DNA from: an uncultured Acidobacteriota bacterium
Lineage (GTDB): Bacteria > Acidobacteriota > UBA6911
Assembly: GCA_963827655.1 (NCBI GenBank)
Contig: CAWHCF010000031.1
Location: forward strand, 64,001 to 128,000
Length of the DNA stretch: 64,000 nt
Direction of reading: 5' to 3'
Shown: positions 1 to 12,604 of the stretch, piece by piece
Layout of the letters: each line of letters starts with the position of its first letter
Position numbering within the stretch: the first letter of the stretch is position 1
Notes under the pieces: generated by a model
The model's input: only the letters and a program-made list of their open reading frames with translations
Databases searched by the model: none
Told to the model about the DNA's origin: nothing
Position numbers and translations under genes: made by a program

Positions 1-398
1 GCATCTCGAACGGTGTCGCGTCCGACGATCTCCCCTATTTCCCAATCGGCCCCTTTGATTAGCACATCCGGGACGATGGTATCGATGACGTGCTGCGGCG
101 TGGCTTCATCGAAAATGAAGACATAATCGACGCAGGCAAGGGCGGAGAGCACTTCGGCGCGCTCGTCTTGTGGAACGATGGGACGCCCCTCGCCTTTGTT
201 CTCCCTCACCGAGTGATCGCTGTTAAGCGCAACGACCAGGACATCGCCGAACGCGCGCGCCTGGCTGAGGTAACGGATATGCCCTACGTGCAGGATATCG
301 AAGCAACCGTTGGTGAAAACAAGTTTCTGACCCCCTTGACGGAGCTGCTCTCGGATATGCGTGATCTCTTCAAGAGTCTTGATCTTTGCCTTCGTCAT
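1..398 (-). CDS. rfaE2: D-glycero-beta-D-manno-heptose 1-phosphate adenylyltransferase (RfaE domain II/HldC), 3' end runs off the window
   Basis: Manual translation from the ATG at 398: [12 protein letters not shown]...[18 protein letters not shown]...[11 protein letters not shown]...KGEGRP...[10 protein letters not shown]. Carries the cytidylyltransferase-like HxGH motif. Absent from the ORF track because it is truncated. Confidence 0.9.
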   Translation of the reverse strand, partial: MTKAKIKTLEEITHIREQLRQGGQKLVFTNGCFDILHVGHIRYLSQARAFGDVLVVALNSDHSVRENKGEGRPIVPQDERAEVLSALACVDYVFIFDEATPQHVIDTIVPDVLIKGADWEIGEIVGRDTVRD

Positions 399-493
399 CG
401 AGAGCTTTTGAGAATAACAGATGGCTCACAGGCCGACAAGAACACCACTCAGCCGCAGAGGGCAACCACGAAGACGCGAAGTCCAAAGGAAAG

Positions 494-1870
494 TTATGAG
501 GTTCCGGGAGAGCGGCTGGCATGTTTGTGCAAGACAGCGGCCAGGGATCGAGCTCCCTCTTCCACGATCGCCCGGTCCTCTCCTTCGACCATTATGCGGG
601 CCATCTTCTCGGTGCCGGAGTAACGCAGGAGGATGCGGCAGCGGGACCCGAGCTTCCCCTTGAGTGCCGCCTCGGCGTCTTGAAGTCCAGGGATTGCTCC
701 GAAGGGGGTTCTTTCGCGCACCGGCACATTCGTGAGGACCTGGGGAAAGCGTTTTAAGGGCCGGCACAGCTCATGCAGTCCGGAATTTCGCTCGCGGATG
801 ATCTCCAGCACCTTGAGCGCGGTGAGGAACCCGTCGCCTGTTTGCCCCAACTGCAAGAGAATGATATGACCGGATTGTTCTCCACCCACGATGGCGCCCA
901 GCCGCAGCATCTCCTCGAGAACATATCGATCTCCGACCGCGGCCCTGGCCAGGCCGAAACCCAGGTCCTTGAGCGCGAGCTCAAGCCCCAGGTTTGCCAT
1001 AACGGTACTTACCACGATGCGCGGAGCAGTACCGAAATCGGTATAGCGTGCCAGCAGGTAAAGCACATCGTCGCCGTCTCTTGGATCGCCGTGGCTGTCG
1101 ACGAACATGACGCGATCGGCGTCACCGTCGAAGGCAATCCCCAGATCGGCCCCGCTCGATCGGACCTTTTCCCGGAGTCTTTCAAGATGGAGAGCTCCGG
1201 CGTTGAGATTGATGTTTCGGCCGTTGGGCTCGCAATGAAGGCGGTCCACGCCTGCTCCCAGATCGCTCAGGAAGTCTGGAGCGATGTGCGAGAGCGCGCC
1301 GTGCGCGCAGTCAACAACCAACCTCATCCCCTTGAGGTCGAAATCCCGGGGAAGGCACTCCCGAAGATGCCGCGTGTACAGCTCGCCTTGCGCGGGGAAT
1401 GTGTCCGAAAGGACTTCTGGCGTGAACTGGTCGGAAATCGAGAATCCCGGGGGGCAGGTCCGCGAGCTGGAAATGATCTTAAGTTCGAGATGTTCCTCTA
1501 CGGCATCGTTCAACTTCAATCCGGTTGAAGAAAAAATCTTTATGCCGTTGTCCTGGTACGGATTGTGTGATGCACTGATCATGATTCCGGCCTGCGCCCC
1601 TTCGCGCGCCGTAAGAAACGAAACCGCGGGGGTGGAGATCACGCCGCACATCTCGGTCACGCCGCCGGCGTCGAGAATGGCGCGATTAAGCACGGCCTCG
1701 AGCCACGGTCCCGAGATGCGGGTATCGCGCGCAACCAGGATACGAGGGCGACGATCGAGGTCTCTCAGGTATTCCGTGAGACAGAAGCCGACGCGGTACA
1801 CCGTGTCGCAGTCCAGAGGAGGATCTCCGGCTACTCCGCGAATTCCATCCGTCCCGAAGAGTGGCTCCAT
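494..1870 (-). CDS. glmM: Phosphoglucosamine mutase
   Basis: LFGTDGIRG N-terminus, ISASHNP catalytic Ser loop, DGDADR metal loop, GGEQSGH, RYSGTE. Lies downstream of cdaA-cdaR. Confidence 0.95.
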   Translation of the reverse strand: MEPLFGTDGIRGVAGDPPLDCDTVYRVGFCLTEYLRDLDRRPRILVARDTRISGPWLEAVLNRAILDAGGVTEMCGVISTPAVSFLTAREGAQAGIMISASHNPYQDNGIKIFSSTGLKLNDAVEEHLELKIISSSRTCPPGFSISDQFTPEVLSDTFPAQGELYTRHLRECLPRDFDLKGMRLVVDCAHGALSHIAPDFLSDLGAGVDRLHCEPNGRNINLNAGALHLERLREKVRSSGADLGIAFDGDADRVMFVDSHGDPRDGDDVLYLLARYTDFGTAPRIVVSTVMANLGLELALKDLGFGLARAAVGDRYVLEEMLRLGAIVGGEQSGHIILLQLGQTGDGFLTALKVLEIIRERNSGLHELCRPLKRFPQVLTNVPVRERTPFGAIPGLQDAEAALKGKLGSRCRILLRYSGTEKMARIMVEGEDRAIVEEGARSLAAVLHKHASRSPGTS

Positions 1871-1872
1871 CG

Positions 1873-2803
1873 CTAGCTCTTGCCCGTTCGGTGCACGGTA
1901 ACCTGCGCGGGGACAATTTCTTTGATGCGGATGGCGGGATCGAGGGGATTGGTAAAGGTCACCACAGGCTTGACTCTTTCGGATTCCAACGTGGGATTCA
2001 GGTTCCGGACCGCGACCGTGGCGGAAAAATCGGCCGGCGTCAGACTCCTTCGGAACGTGCCCGGGACCAGGATCCGAAGCGTGACCCGCGAAGGGCGAAC
2101 CACCACGGAGGCGTCATCGGGAAGAACGGGAACCGGCGAGATAGTCTGGAGGCTGCGGCGCGGGCCTATCTCGATCTCAACTTCGACGGGTTCAGCCGGA
2201 ACGCTGTGCACCAGGCTGTCTTTTATGTTGAGGTTTACGAATTTGCGGATCGATCCCTGTTCTCCCTGCAACGATACGGCCTCCGTCGCGACTGAGTTGA
2301 TCTTATCCAATCGTGACCGCGGCCCTCTGATAAGAGCAGTTGAAGGCGAGACTCTTACCTCGTAGACTTCGAATCCGGTTTCCGGCGTTCCGACACTGGT
2401 TTCGATCCGAACCTCTTTCGAGACTTCCCGTTCCAGGACCAGTCTGATCCGCGACGGTCGCACGGTTAGAATTTCCAACCCCGTGGTTCTCGTTTGGATG
2501 TTTTGTGGCGTAAGAGGAACCAGGCGCTCCCCCTCGGGCGCCGTCGGGAGGTCGAGCAGGCAAATGCAGGCTTGGCTGCCCAAACCCGCCGCTGGCCAGG
2601 GGGCCGCGAATACTGACCTCGACGAAGCTTGGCCGGTCTTCGTTGGTTATCACCATGTCGCGTGGAATTCGAATTTCCAGCGGGATCATGATATTCCGCT
2701 CAGTCCCGGGATCCCCGTGAACCATCAGCCAAAGGATGAAGGACAGGAAGAGCGCCGTGAGTTTCAGACCCCAATTCTCGACGAAGAAGTCTTTAGCCTT
2801 CAT
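1873..2803 (-). CDS. cdaR: CdaR/YbbR-domain regulator of diadenylate cyclase, split by one frameshift near 2565
   Basis: N-terminal ENWGLKLTALFLSFILWLMV transmembrane segment in ORF 2303..2803. YbbR-like repeats (VSPSTALIRGPRSRLDKINSVAT) in ORF 1873..2583. Canonical position between cdaA and glmM. Confidence 0.85.
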
Positions 2804-3624
2804 ACAGCTTCCTGGCGCTCCTTCAAGGCGTGTGGAATCGGTTGCGATCGTCCTTCCATGGCGGCATGGAGGATCGCTCGCAGCCCTGTCCCGTCCAGGT
2901 TCCGCGTGATTTTCCCTCCCATCGCGGCAGAGATGATGCCCGTCTCTTCCGAAACAATGACGGTTACGGAGTCAGTCTCCTCCGTGATGCCGATAGCCGC
3001 GCGGTGTCGGGTTCCCAGTTCCTTACTGAGGTGCGGATCCAGCGTGAGGGGGAGAAAGCATCCTGCGGCTATGATGCGGTTTTGTTGAACGATCACGGCC
3101 CCGTCGTGTAGCGGCGTATTAGGACTGAAGATGGTTACCAGGAGGTCGTAGGTCAGGACCGCGTCGAGAGCGATGCCGCTCTCGGCGTAGTTTCTCAAAC
3201 CGATGTCTCGCTCAACAACAATCAGCGCGCCGATTTTTTTGGAAGCCAGGGTTGTGGCTGCCAGAATAATCTCTTCAAATCCCTCTTTGCCTTCTCGACG
3301 GCGGTGCCTGCCAAGCAAGGGATTCTTTCCGATTCCCACCAGGCCCCGTCGGATCTCAGTCTGGTAGAGCACAATGACGGCGAAGACGATGTAAGTCAGG
3401 ATATTGTTAAGTAACCACTGTACCGTGCTCAAGTGCCAGGCCCTGGTTGCGTAGTAAAAGAGGAGGAGCACGACGATCCCCAGGGTCATCTGCGCTCCCC
3501 GGGTTCCGCGCATGAGCAGAAGAAACCGGTAAATGATGTAACTTACCAGGGCAATATCAACGATGTCGCGCGGGGAGAAGTGGTTGATTCGCAGGAATTC
3601 CAGAAATGAACTTACTGAAGTCAC
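2800..3624 (-). CDS. cdaA: Diadenylate cyclase CdaA/DacA
   Basis: Three N-terminal TM helices plus DAC motifs PLHDGA and LGTRHRAAIG. Likely GTG start at 3624 overlapping the folP stop (GTGA). Confidence 0.93.
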   Translation of the reverse strand: MTSVSSFLEFLRINHFSPRDIVDIALVSYIIYRFLLLMRGTRGAQMTLGIVVLLLFYYATRAWHLSTVQWLLNNILTYIVFAVIVLYQTEIRRGLVGIGKNPLLGRHRRREGKEGFEEIILAATTLASKKIGALIVVERDIGLRNYAESGIALDAVLTYDLLVTIFSPNTPLHDGAVIVQQNRIIAAGCFLPLTLDPHLSKELGTRHRAAIGITEETDSVTVIVSEETGIISAAMGGKITRNLDGTGLRAILHAAMEGRSQPIPHALKERQEAV

Positions 3625-4460
3625 GGTTTCGTCCCTTCTGCAACCAACGCGTCTATGACTCGCGCCACATCCCGCATGGCAGCCACATCGTGAACGCGCA
3701 CGATATGGGCTCCGTAAAAGATAGAAGCGGCAACGGTCCCGGCGGTTCCCCAAACTCTTTGTCCGGCAGGACGGTTGACGATTTCTCCGATGAAGGATTT
3801 CCTCGAGGTCCCTACCAGTAAAGGCAAGCCCGTCTGCGCCAAGCGTTCGAGGTTGCGCAGGATTCCCAGGTTTTGACGTGCGGTCTTTCCGAAACCGATG
3901 CCAGGATCAAGAATAATCTTGTCAAAGGATACACCAGACGCCTGAGCCGTTGCAACCGCCCGCTCCGCCCACGACTCGATTTCGGCGAGAATGTCGGGAC
4001 TGGCCGGAAGACGCTGCATACTGCTGGGCTCGCCTCTCATGTGCATCAGGATCAAACCGGCGCCGGACGCGGCAACCTCCTCCGCTATCTCGGGGCTATT
4101 GCGCAGAGCGGTTACGTCATTCACCAAGGCAACGCCTTCCCTGAGTCCGGCGCGCGCGACTTCCGCCTTCGACGTATCGAGGGACATCGGCAGGGGGTAG
4201 GAGCCCGCGAGGGCTTCGAGCACCGGAAAGACGCGGCGCAGCTCTTCTTCGGCCGTCACCCCGGTGGATCCCGGGCGCGTCGATTCCCCGCCTATGTCCA
4301 GGATATCGGCGCCTTCTTCGGCTATTTCCCAGGCTCGGGCAATCGCCTTTGCCGGATCAAGGAACTGCGCTCCGTCGGAGAAAGAGTCGGGAGTTACGTT
4401 GAGCACCCCCATAATCAAGGTTCGCGAGCCCAGCTCGAGAACTTTGTCACGCACCACCAT
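3621..4460 (-). CDS. folP: Dihydropteroate synthase
   Basis: IMGVLNVTPDSFSDG, DIGGESTRPG, DPGIGFGK, GTSRKSF, IVRVHDV. Start placed at MVVRDK because the upstream extension runs into an intergenic repeat. Confidence 0.95.
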   Translation of the reverse strand: MVVRDKVLELGSRTLIMGVLNVTPDSFSDGAQFLDPAKAIARAWEIAEEGADILDIGGESTRPGSTGVTAEEELRRVFPVLEALAGSYPLPMSLDTSKAEVARAGLREGVALVNDVTALRNSPEIAEEVAASGAGLILMHMRGEPSSMQRLPASPDILAEIESWAERAVATAQASGVSFDKIILDPGIGFGKTARQNLGILRNLERLAQTGLPLLVGTSRKSFIGEIVNRPAGQRVWGTAGTVAASIFYGAHIVRVHDVAAMRDVARVIDALVAEGTKP

Positions 4461-4580
4461 TCGGTGACGGGTTCGTAAGCACACGCACGGCCTTGGATTG
4501 GGGGGGAATTGGGATGTTTGCGTCTTAGCGGTCGAGTTTTGTTCGCATGTCCTCATCACAAAGACGCGATGACACGAAGC

Positions 4581-6509
<1,929 letters not shown>

Positions 6510-6615
6510 TTTTACCTAGACCTCCAAAGGAGTCTCAGGGCTCTTGACCTTGCGACTCAACGGGGAGCTTATGACTTGGGAGAGATGGAAGGTTTGGGCC
6601 GCGAGCTCAACGCGC

Positions 6616-6644
6616 ATTATATCAGACACCCCCAGGGCTCTCAA
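6616..6644 (-). promoter_or_regulatory. Sigma70-type promoter for ftsH
   Basis: Minus strand TTGAGA-17 nt-TATAAT, about 105 nt upstream of the ftsH start. Confidence 0.7.
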
Positions 6645-6767
6645 TTACAGTTTCTCAACGATGCTTCGATCTCACGGCGCTTTGCCGTGGTCGCAGGGGA
6701 CTCAGTTCATTACGCCTGCAAGGTGACCCTGTTTCGGCTCACGACGTATTAGACGCGTTCGTTTCCC

Positions 6768-8297
6768 CTAAGTTTCCAGGGAGTTCATCCTTCCGGCACG
6801 GGCGGGTTTGTCCTGGCTGTGAGCCTCGGCCTGATCGGCGCCCAGCGACCTTGCCTCCAGCACCAGGCATTGGGCAGATTGCTGTTGAAGCATAAAGGGT
6901 TTGGCGGGCTTGAATCCTGGGATCCAGATGACCGAGTCTCCGGCCGTCACCATGGGAATTGACCAGCGTGATCGCAGCGGAATTCGGGCGTCGATCAGCA
7001 TCTTTTTGACTTTTCTGTGATTGGAGCCTCCATAGCGATCGCCGGGAACGCGCGAACGGATGGTCAATGTCTTCGGAAGCGGGTTTGCATAAAGGAATAC
7101 TCTGGAGCCAGTCGAGCGGAGAGGGCCGGCAAGGGTATTCCGCGCTCGTACCGTGGCGAAAAAATCCAGGCCTGCTTCAGGAACGCGAACCTTTCCTGGG
7201 CACCGAAGCTTGTACGCGAACTTCCGTTGCGGGGGCGATGTGCCTGGCGCCAGGAATAGAAGGTCGCTGAATTGACGAACCACGACAAAGTTTCCAGGGA
7301 GTTGGATTTGGCTGCCGCTTTGTCCTGTTCGACAAAGTGTCAGGAGACTGTCGATATGACGGCTTGCAATTCTCTTGAGCGATTTCCGGCACTCCTTCAA
7401 AGCCTGGCGCAAAACCAGTTTTTGAAGGGCCGGGTGGACTCTCATGAGTCCGGGAACGGATATTGAGAGCCCTCCAGTAACGGACCTCCTGAGCCGTTCG
7501 AAGACCCTCAGACTCTGAGATTCGAGGTACTTCGCGGTTTCCGCGGCCATCTCTGCGTGCCGTGCCAGCGAGTCGATTGTTTTCGGATTCAAGTGCTGCT
7601 GAAGGTAAGGAATCAGCTCGATTCGAATCCGGTTTCTCAGGAATTGGAGATCTTGATTACTCGAGTCTTCCCGGTAGCTTGCCTGTCGGGCCGCGAGGTA
7701 TTGGACGACGTCTTTTCTGGAGCATTCCAGGAGGGGGCGGATAAAAAGATTGTCCAGAACAGGATAAATGCCTGATAGCCCCTCGAGACCGCTTCCCCGG
7801 ATGAGACGCATGAGAACGGTCTCAGCCTGATCGTTCAGGGTGTGGCCCAGGGCGATCCTGGTTGCGCCCACCCGTTCCGCTGTTCGACGCAAGAAGGAGT
7901 AGCGAACCTCTCGCGCGGCGTCCTCCAGATTCCTTCCTGCCGCAGCCGCTCTTTTCCTGATATCCAGCTTGCGGGAGATAAAGCGAATTCCGATTTCACC
8001 ACTTAACTTTTGGACAAACGCCTCGTCTCCATCCGACTCTCTTGCCCGAAGGGAGTGATTCAGGTGGGCCACAGTTAACTTCAGACCAAGCCCACGGGTC
8101 AGGTCACGCAAGCACAGCAGGAGCGCGGTCGAATCAGCGCCGCCCGAGACGGCAACCAGGACATGTTCGCCGCCTTTCAACATGCGGTGTTTGAGAATGG
8201 TTCGTTCGACCTGAATCTCGAGCGGCGGACGGGCTGAAACGAGATGAGACGGACGAGGTTTGGGATTTGTGCGACTCACTGGTCGACATTGTATCAT
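6768..8297 (-). CDS. tilS: tRNA(Ile)-lysidine synthetase (true start may be slightly downstream)
   Basis: PP-loop VAVSGGADS, HLNHSLR, EDAAREVRY, GHTLNDQAET, DSSN, RNRIR and a C-terminal TilS_C region. Confidence 0.95.
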   Translation of the reverse strand: MIQCRPVSRTNPKPRPSHLVSARPPLEIQVERTILKHRMLKGGEHVLVAVSGGADSTALLLCLRDLTRGLGLKLTVAHLNHSLRARESDGDEAFVQKLSGEIGIRFISRKLDIRKRAAAAGRNLEDAAREVRYSFLRRTAERVGATRIALGHTLNDQAETVLMRLIRGSGLEGLSGIYPVLDNLFIRPLLECSRKDVVQYLAARQASYREDSSNQDLQFLRNRIRIELIPYLQQHLNPKTIDSLARHAEMAAETAKYLESQSLRVFERLRRSVTGGLSISVPGLMRVHPALQKLVLRQALKECRKSLKRIASRHIDSLLTLCRTGQSGSQIQLPGNFVVVRQFSDLLFLAPGTSPPQRKFAYKLRCPGKVRVPEAGLDFFATVRARNTLAGPLRSTGSRVFLYANPLPKTLTIRSRVPGDRYGGSNHRKVKKMLIDARIPLRSRWSIPMVTAGDSVIWIPGFKPAKPFMLQQQSAQCLVLEARSLGADQAEAHSQDKPARAGRMNSLET

Positions 8298-8310
8298 GGT
8301 GGGCCGAGAC

Positions 8311-8388
8311 CTTGGTGTCTTCGCGTCTTCGTGGTAAGTGCGGACAAAACCAACTCACTAAGTCTCGAAGACTCCAAGAAACGCCAAG
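8311..8388. repeat. Representative copy of a dispersed octamer-period inverted repeat family (ACCACGAAGACGCGAAG)
   Basis: CTTGGTGT-CTTCGCGT-CTTCGTGG-T arm facing CACTAAGTCTCGAAGACTCCAAG. Further copies near 465, 4517-4579, 24528-24598, 30336, 39952, 48681-48756, 51614-51669, 53223-53292, 56793-56847, 61057 and 62029. Confidence 0.85.
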
Positions 8389-8417
8389 AACCGTATCTGT
8401 CCGCCGACTGAAAAGAT

Positions 8418-8426
8418 TGGTATAAT
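8418..8426 (+). promoter_or_regulatory. Extended -10 promoter element for hemB
   Basis: TGGTATAAT (TGn-TATAAT) about 50 nt upstream of hemB, followed by an AGGAGG RBS. Confidence 0.55.
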
Positions 8427-8474
8427 CGCGCGTTTTGTTTGGCCAGTTGTCCCCATTCCAGCGAGAGGAGGTTC

Positions 8475-9446
8475 ATGACATTTCCAGTCACGCGGCCCCG
8501 GCGGCTTCGGATGAACGAGTTCGTCCGAAAACTGGTTCGAGAGACCCGCTTGTCCCCCGAACAGCTAATCTATCCGATGTTCGTCTGCCCGGGCGAAGGG
8601 GTGAAGAAGGAGATTCCCTCGATGCCAGGCAACTACCAATGGTCTATCGATCTGCTGATTGAGGAAGTTCGGGCGGTAAAATCGCTCGGGATTGCGGGAA
8701 TCATCCTTTTCGGAATACCGGAAACGAAGGACGACCATGCCACCTCCGCTTACGACGACCATGGCATCGTGCAGCAAACCGTCCGGGCCCTCAAGCGCGA
8801 GAGCGCAGATTTTCTGGTCATTACCGACGTTTGCCTGTGCGAATACACCAGCCACGGTCATTGCGGGATCGTGCTCAACAACGAGATTCGTAATGATGCC
8901 ACGATCGACCTTCTGGCCAAGACGGCGCTCTCGCACGTAAAGGCAGGAGCCGATATTGTCGCACCTTCCGACATGATGGACGGGCGCGTTGGCGCCATTC
9001 GGGCGATACTCGAGAAAAGCGGTCACAAAAACATCCCCATTCTTTCCTACGCCGTGAAGTACGCCTCGGCCTATTACGCGCCGTTTCGCGAGGCAGCAGA
9101 ATCCGCGCCCGCATTCGGCGATCGTCGTAGCCACCAGATGAATCCCCCAAATTGGCGTGAAGCGCTCACGGAGGTCGAATTGGACATCGAGGAAGGGGCC
9201 GACATCCTCCTGATCAAACCTGCGGGACCCTACCTGGACATTATCCGGCTGATCCGGGATCGCTATTCCCACCCGCTGGCAGCCTTTCAGGTTTCGGGGG
9301 AGTATTCTGCGCTCGTGGCGGGCGCACGACTCGGCTGGCTTGAACTTCCTCGCGTCATGATCGAGAGCTTGATCGGAATCCGGCGAGCGGGCGCGGATAT
9401 CATCCTTACTTATTTCGCTAAAGAAGCGGCAAAGCTCCTTTCCTAG
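8475..9446 (+). CDS. hemB: Porphobilinogen synthase (delta-aminolevulinate dehydratase), Zn-type
   Basis: RPRRLR N-terminus, [14 protein letters not shown] Cys zinc site, [13 protein letters not shown] Schiff-base Lys. Confidence 0.97.
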   Translation: MTFPVTRPRRLRMNEFVRKLVRETRLSPEQLIYPMFVCPGEGVKKEIPSMPGNYQWSIDLLIEEVRAVKSLGIAGIILFGIPETKDDHATSAYDDHGIVQQTVRALKRESADFLVITDVCLCEYTSHGHCGIVLNNEIRNDATIDLLAKTALSHVKAGADIVAPSDMMDGRVGAIRAILEKSGHKNIPILSYAVKYASAYYAPFREAAESAPAFGDRRSHQMNPPNWREALTEVELDIEEGADILLIKPAGPYLDIIRLIRDRYSHPLAAFQVSGEYSALVAGARLGWLELPRVMIESLIGIRRAGADIILTYFAKEAAKLLS

Positions 9447-9587
9447 TCCAGCTCCCTCACCGGAGGAGTACCGGCCCTTGAATCCAGGTGCGTTGGTCGA
9501 AAGACATCCCAGAGCCGGATCAAGGAGCCAGGGGCTCACCGAGGAGAGGCACGTCTACACGTCTCAGCATGTCGCGGGAGTGGTCGA

Positions 9588-10868
9588 GTGAACAAGCGTT
9601 CAAAAGCATTGTTTGTCAGGGCCCAGCGGGTTATTCCTGGAGGGGTCAATAGCCCCGTGAGAGCCTTCCGTAGCGTGGGTGGGGAGCCTCGGTTTATCCG
9701 GTCCGGAAAAGGCAGCCGCCTGGTCGATGAAGACGGCGTGACGTATATCGACTACGTGTGTTCCTGGGGTCCGCTGATCCTCGGGCATGCTCCTGCAGCT
9801 GTCCAGGCGGCGCTGAGGCGGCAGCTCCCCAAAGGCACCAGCTTTGGGGCCTCTACGGAAAACGAGGTTCTCCTGGCCGAGATAATCCGGCGGGCCTTTC
9901 CGTCAGTAGAGAAGGTTCGTTTGGTCAATTCAGGCACCGAAGCGACGATGAGCGCGATCCGGCTCGCGCGCGCCTTTACCGGGCGCTTCAAAATCCTAAA
10001 GTTCGATGGATGTTATCATGGTCATTCCGACGGCCTTCTGGTGAAGGCGGGCTCGGGCGTTGCGACTCTTGGGCTACCGGAGAGCCCCGGCGTGCCGCCG
10101 GAGAGCGCGGCTCTAACACTTTCGATCCCATTCAATAATCTCGAACTTGTAAACCGGGCTCTGAATCTGCATCGCGCGGAGATTGCCGCGGTTATCGTGG
10201 AGCCCGTTGTCGGTAACATGGGTGTTGTCCCGCCCGAAAGGGGTTTTCTGCATGGCTTGAGAAAGCTGACCCGCGAGCACGGAACACTCTTGATCTTTGA
10301 CGAGGTCATTACCGGGTTTCGCGTGTCGTATGGCGGCGCTCAGCAGCTCTACCGCGTGCAGCCCGACTTAACCTGCCTGGGGAAGATCATTGGCGGCGGG
10401 CTCCCGGTGGGGGCCTATGGCGGAAGCAACGAGATCATGAAGCTTGTTGCGCCGGAAGGTCCCGTGTATCAGGCAGGAACGCTGGCTGGGAATTCTATGG
10501 CGACGGCTGCAGGCATCGCCACATTGACCGCGCTGAAGAGCCGTGCGGTCTATGTAAAGCTGGAGCGTCTGACCGAACATCTGGTACAAGGGTTACTGGA
10601 GGTGGCGAAAGTCGCGGGCGTTGCGGTCCGGATTAATCGGGTCGGGTCTATGTTTACCGTGTTCTTTACGTCGGCACCTGTGACCGACTATCAAACTGCC
10701 CGGGCAAGCGACACCGATCGTTACGGCAGATTCTTTCAAGCGATGCTCGAGCGCGGAGTTTACTTTCCGCCTTCACAGTTTGAAGCCTGCTTCGTGTCGC
10801 TGGTCCATACCTTCAAAGACATTGATGAAACTATCAAAGCAGCGCGAGAAGCACTCAAGAACTGGTGA
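9588..10868 (+). CDS. hemL: Glutamate-1-semialdehyde 2,1-aminomutase
   Basis: [56 protein letters not shown]. Confidence 0.97.
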   Translation: MNKRSKALFVRAQRVIPGGVNSPVRAFRSVGGEPRFIRSGKGSRLVDEDGVTYIDYVCSWGPLILGHAPAAVQAALRRQLPKGTSFGASTENEVLLAEIIRRAFPSVEKVRLVNSGTEATMSAIRLARAFTGRFKILKFDGCYHGHSDGLLVKAGSGVATLGLPESPGVPPESAALTLSIPFNNLELVNRALNLHRAEIAAVIVEPVVGNMGVVPPERGFLHGLRKLTREHGTLLIFDEVITGFRVSYGGAQQLYRVQPDLTCLGKIIGGGLPVGAYGGSNEIMKLVAPEGPVYQAGTLAGNSMATAAGIATLTALKSRAVYVKLERLTEHLVQGLLEVAKVAGVAVRINRVGSMFTVFFTSAPVTDYQTARASDTDRYGRFFQAMLERGVYFPPSQFEACFVSLVHTFKDIDETIKAAREALKNW

Positions 10869-10957
10869 ACGACCGGCTTTCGTGCTTCGTTCGGGAGGCA
10901 GGCGGACCGGCTAGCGGATGAAAGAAGTGAAAGGCAAGTCTCTCACCCGGTTTCACC

Positions 10958-11470
10958 TTATGCGGAGGCCTTGACGGAACGTTCATAGGCATGGCTCAGC
11001 GCCCGGTCGATCTGTTCCTCCACAAGTTTCTCGCTCAGGCCCCGCACCGTAGCCACTTCGCTGATGATGAGCTGCTTGGCTCGATCGAGCATCCGCTTTT
11101 CACGGAAAGAGAGGCTCTTCTTGAAGCTCAGATAAACCAGGTTCCTTAGAACCTCGGCTACCTGGAAGATTGACCCGGTACGCATTTTCTCAGAGTGATC
11201 TTTGTACCGGCCTTTCCAATCGGATTCCGGTTCGAAGAAGTCTTCGTCCAGGAGCTTAAACAAACCTTCGACGTCGGCTTTCTTGATAATCCTTCGCAAC
11301 CCCACGCTTTTTACGTTTGTAATCGGAACCATCACCAGAGAAGCATTGGAATGAATCCTCAACATATAGAATTCTTCAGCCACACCATTAACCGGGCGAC
11401 GGGTTACCTCTTCGATGATACCGACACCATGGTTGGGGTAGACGACCTTCTCTCCAACACGAAATTCCAT
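10958..11470 (-). CDS. carD: CarD/CdnL family RNA-polymerase-binding transcription regulator
   Basis: MEFRVGEKVVYPNHGVGII RNAP-interaction domain and conserved Trp in DWKGRY. GGAGG RBS. Confidence 0.92.
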   Translation of the reverse strand: MEFRVGEKVVYPNHGVGIIEEVTRRPVNGVAEEFYMLRIHSNASLVMVPITNVKSVGLRRIIKKADVEGLFKLLDEDFFEPESDWKGRYKDHSEKMRTGSIFQVAEVLRNLVYLSFKKSLSFREKRMLDRAKQLIISEVATVRGLSEKLVEEQIDRALSHAYERSVKASA

Positions 11471-11491
11471 AAACCCTCCAGGAATGAAGGA

Positions 11492-11520
11492 ATTATACTT
11501 GAGAAAACCGCGCGGGTCAA
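11492..11520 (-). promoter_or_regulatory. Sigma70-type promoter for carD
   Basis: Minus strand TTGACC-17 nt-TATAAT, about 20 nt upstream of the ATG. Confidence 0.75.
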
Positions 11521-11769
11521 AGTTTATGCGGTGTCGCTTCCCGCATCCTGGTGTCCGGAGGTGCGATCGGGGCGCCAAGGCACGAAGACCTGCCATGGGA
11601 TAATCAAGCCCAAAACAAGAAGCCCAGTCGACCCAAAACCACGAACACATCCAGCATGACCGAAGCCGGCTCTCTTACGTTTTTGGTGAGACGATCTCAG
11701 CCTAGCGGCACCGATTGCGGGCGTCACCAGGCAGCTCGAAACCGACCGGGGGCGATGGAGCCCGGCCGA

Positions 11770-11799
11770 TTGACTGTTGCGCCGCGCTTCAGCTACCAT
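11770..11799 (+). promoter_or_regulatory. Probable promoter for tRNA-Leu
   Basis: TTGACT-18 nt-TACCAT about 60 nt upstream of the tRNA. Confidence 0.55.
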
Positions 11800-11861
11800 T
11801 GCCGCCTGAATTCGACGGACGCCGCCCACCGCTTGTTCTAGTCGAGGACAAAGCCTTTGAT

Positions 11862-11946
11862 GCCGAAGTGGCGGAACTGGCAGACGCACGGGACTCAAAA
11901 TCCCGCGGTACTTGGTACCATGGGGGTTCGACCCCCCCCTTCGGCA
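11862..11946 (+). tRNA. tRNA-Leu(CAA), CCA not encoded
   Basis: Acceptor stem GCCGAAG/CTTCGGC+A, anticodon arm CGGGA-CTCAAAA-TCCCG, long variable arm (GGTAC TTG GTACC), T-arm GGGGG-TTCGACC-CCCCC. Confidence 0.95.
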
Positions 11947-12240
11947 CACTCTGACCCATTAGACTTACGACTTTCTTCAGAATTTCCGTTCTCCGGCGTA
12001 ATTACCAGTTTCATTACCGATTTCTCAAGTTTCGCTACGGCGGAACGCAGATTTTTCGGGGCCAAGTAGGCATAGTGCCGCTCGGTAATCTGGACCGTTG
12101 AGTGTCCGAGAAGCTCTTTTACTTCCTGGAGTGACGCCCCTCCCTGAACAAGCCAGCTCGCAAAAGTTTTTCGAAGCGTATGGATCGTCACGTCGTGAAG
12201 GCTGGCCCTCTTCCGAGTGGCGGCTTCGATCAGCCTCGAA
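11895..12240 (-). pseudogene. C-terminal remnant of a tyrosine recombinase/phage integrase
   Basis: Box II HTLRKTFASWL...LLGHSTVQITERHY (H-x-x-R, H, catalytic Y region). N-terminal part missing. The ORF ends antisense inside the tRNA. Confidence 0.85.
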
Positions 12241-12254
12241 AACGAGGCCTGCAC

Positions 12255-12516
12255 GATTGGCCGATCATCTAGGGTGATGATGCTGGTGCTGAAGGAAGCC
12301 CTTACGCTGTTTGGAATCGCAGTCGTGATTGGAATCCCCACGGCGCTGGGATTTACCCGCCTGTTACGCGGTCTTGTCTACGATGTCCCGGTTACCGACA
12401 CGGCAACGTTGGTCCTCGCCACGGTGGCGCTCGGGATCACCGCGTGCGTCGCGGCACTGATTCCTGCACGCCGTGCTGCCGGTATCGATCCTGCGTCTGC
12501 GGTCAGGCTCGACTAA
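12255..12516 (+). pseudogene. C-terminal fragment of an FtsX-like/ADOP ABC permease
   Basis: VLKEALTL...LLRGLVYDVPVTD...AALIPARRAAGIDPASAVRLD is the typical FtsX-type C-terminus. No upstream gene body. Confidence 0.8.
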
Positions 12517-12604
12517 CTCCGTTAGCGGTGACCCAGATTTTCACCAGTTCGAACCAATTGACAGGCTGGCTGCGTCAGTTGGATGCCCTCAGGCGCGCCG
12601 CGTA

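Noticed and set aside
2555-2590. Programmed ribosomal frameshift in cdaR
   Set aside because: No slippery heptamer at the junction, and many similar indels occur across the window.
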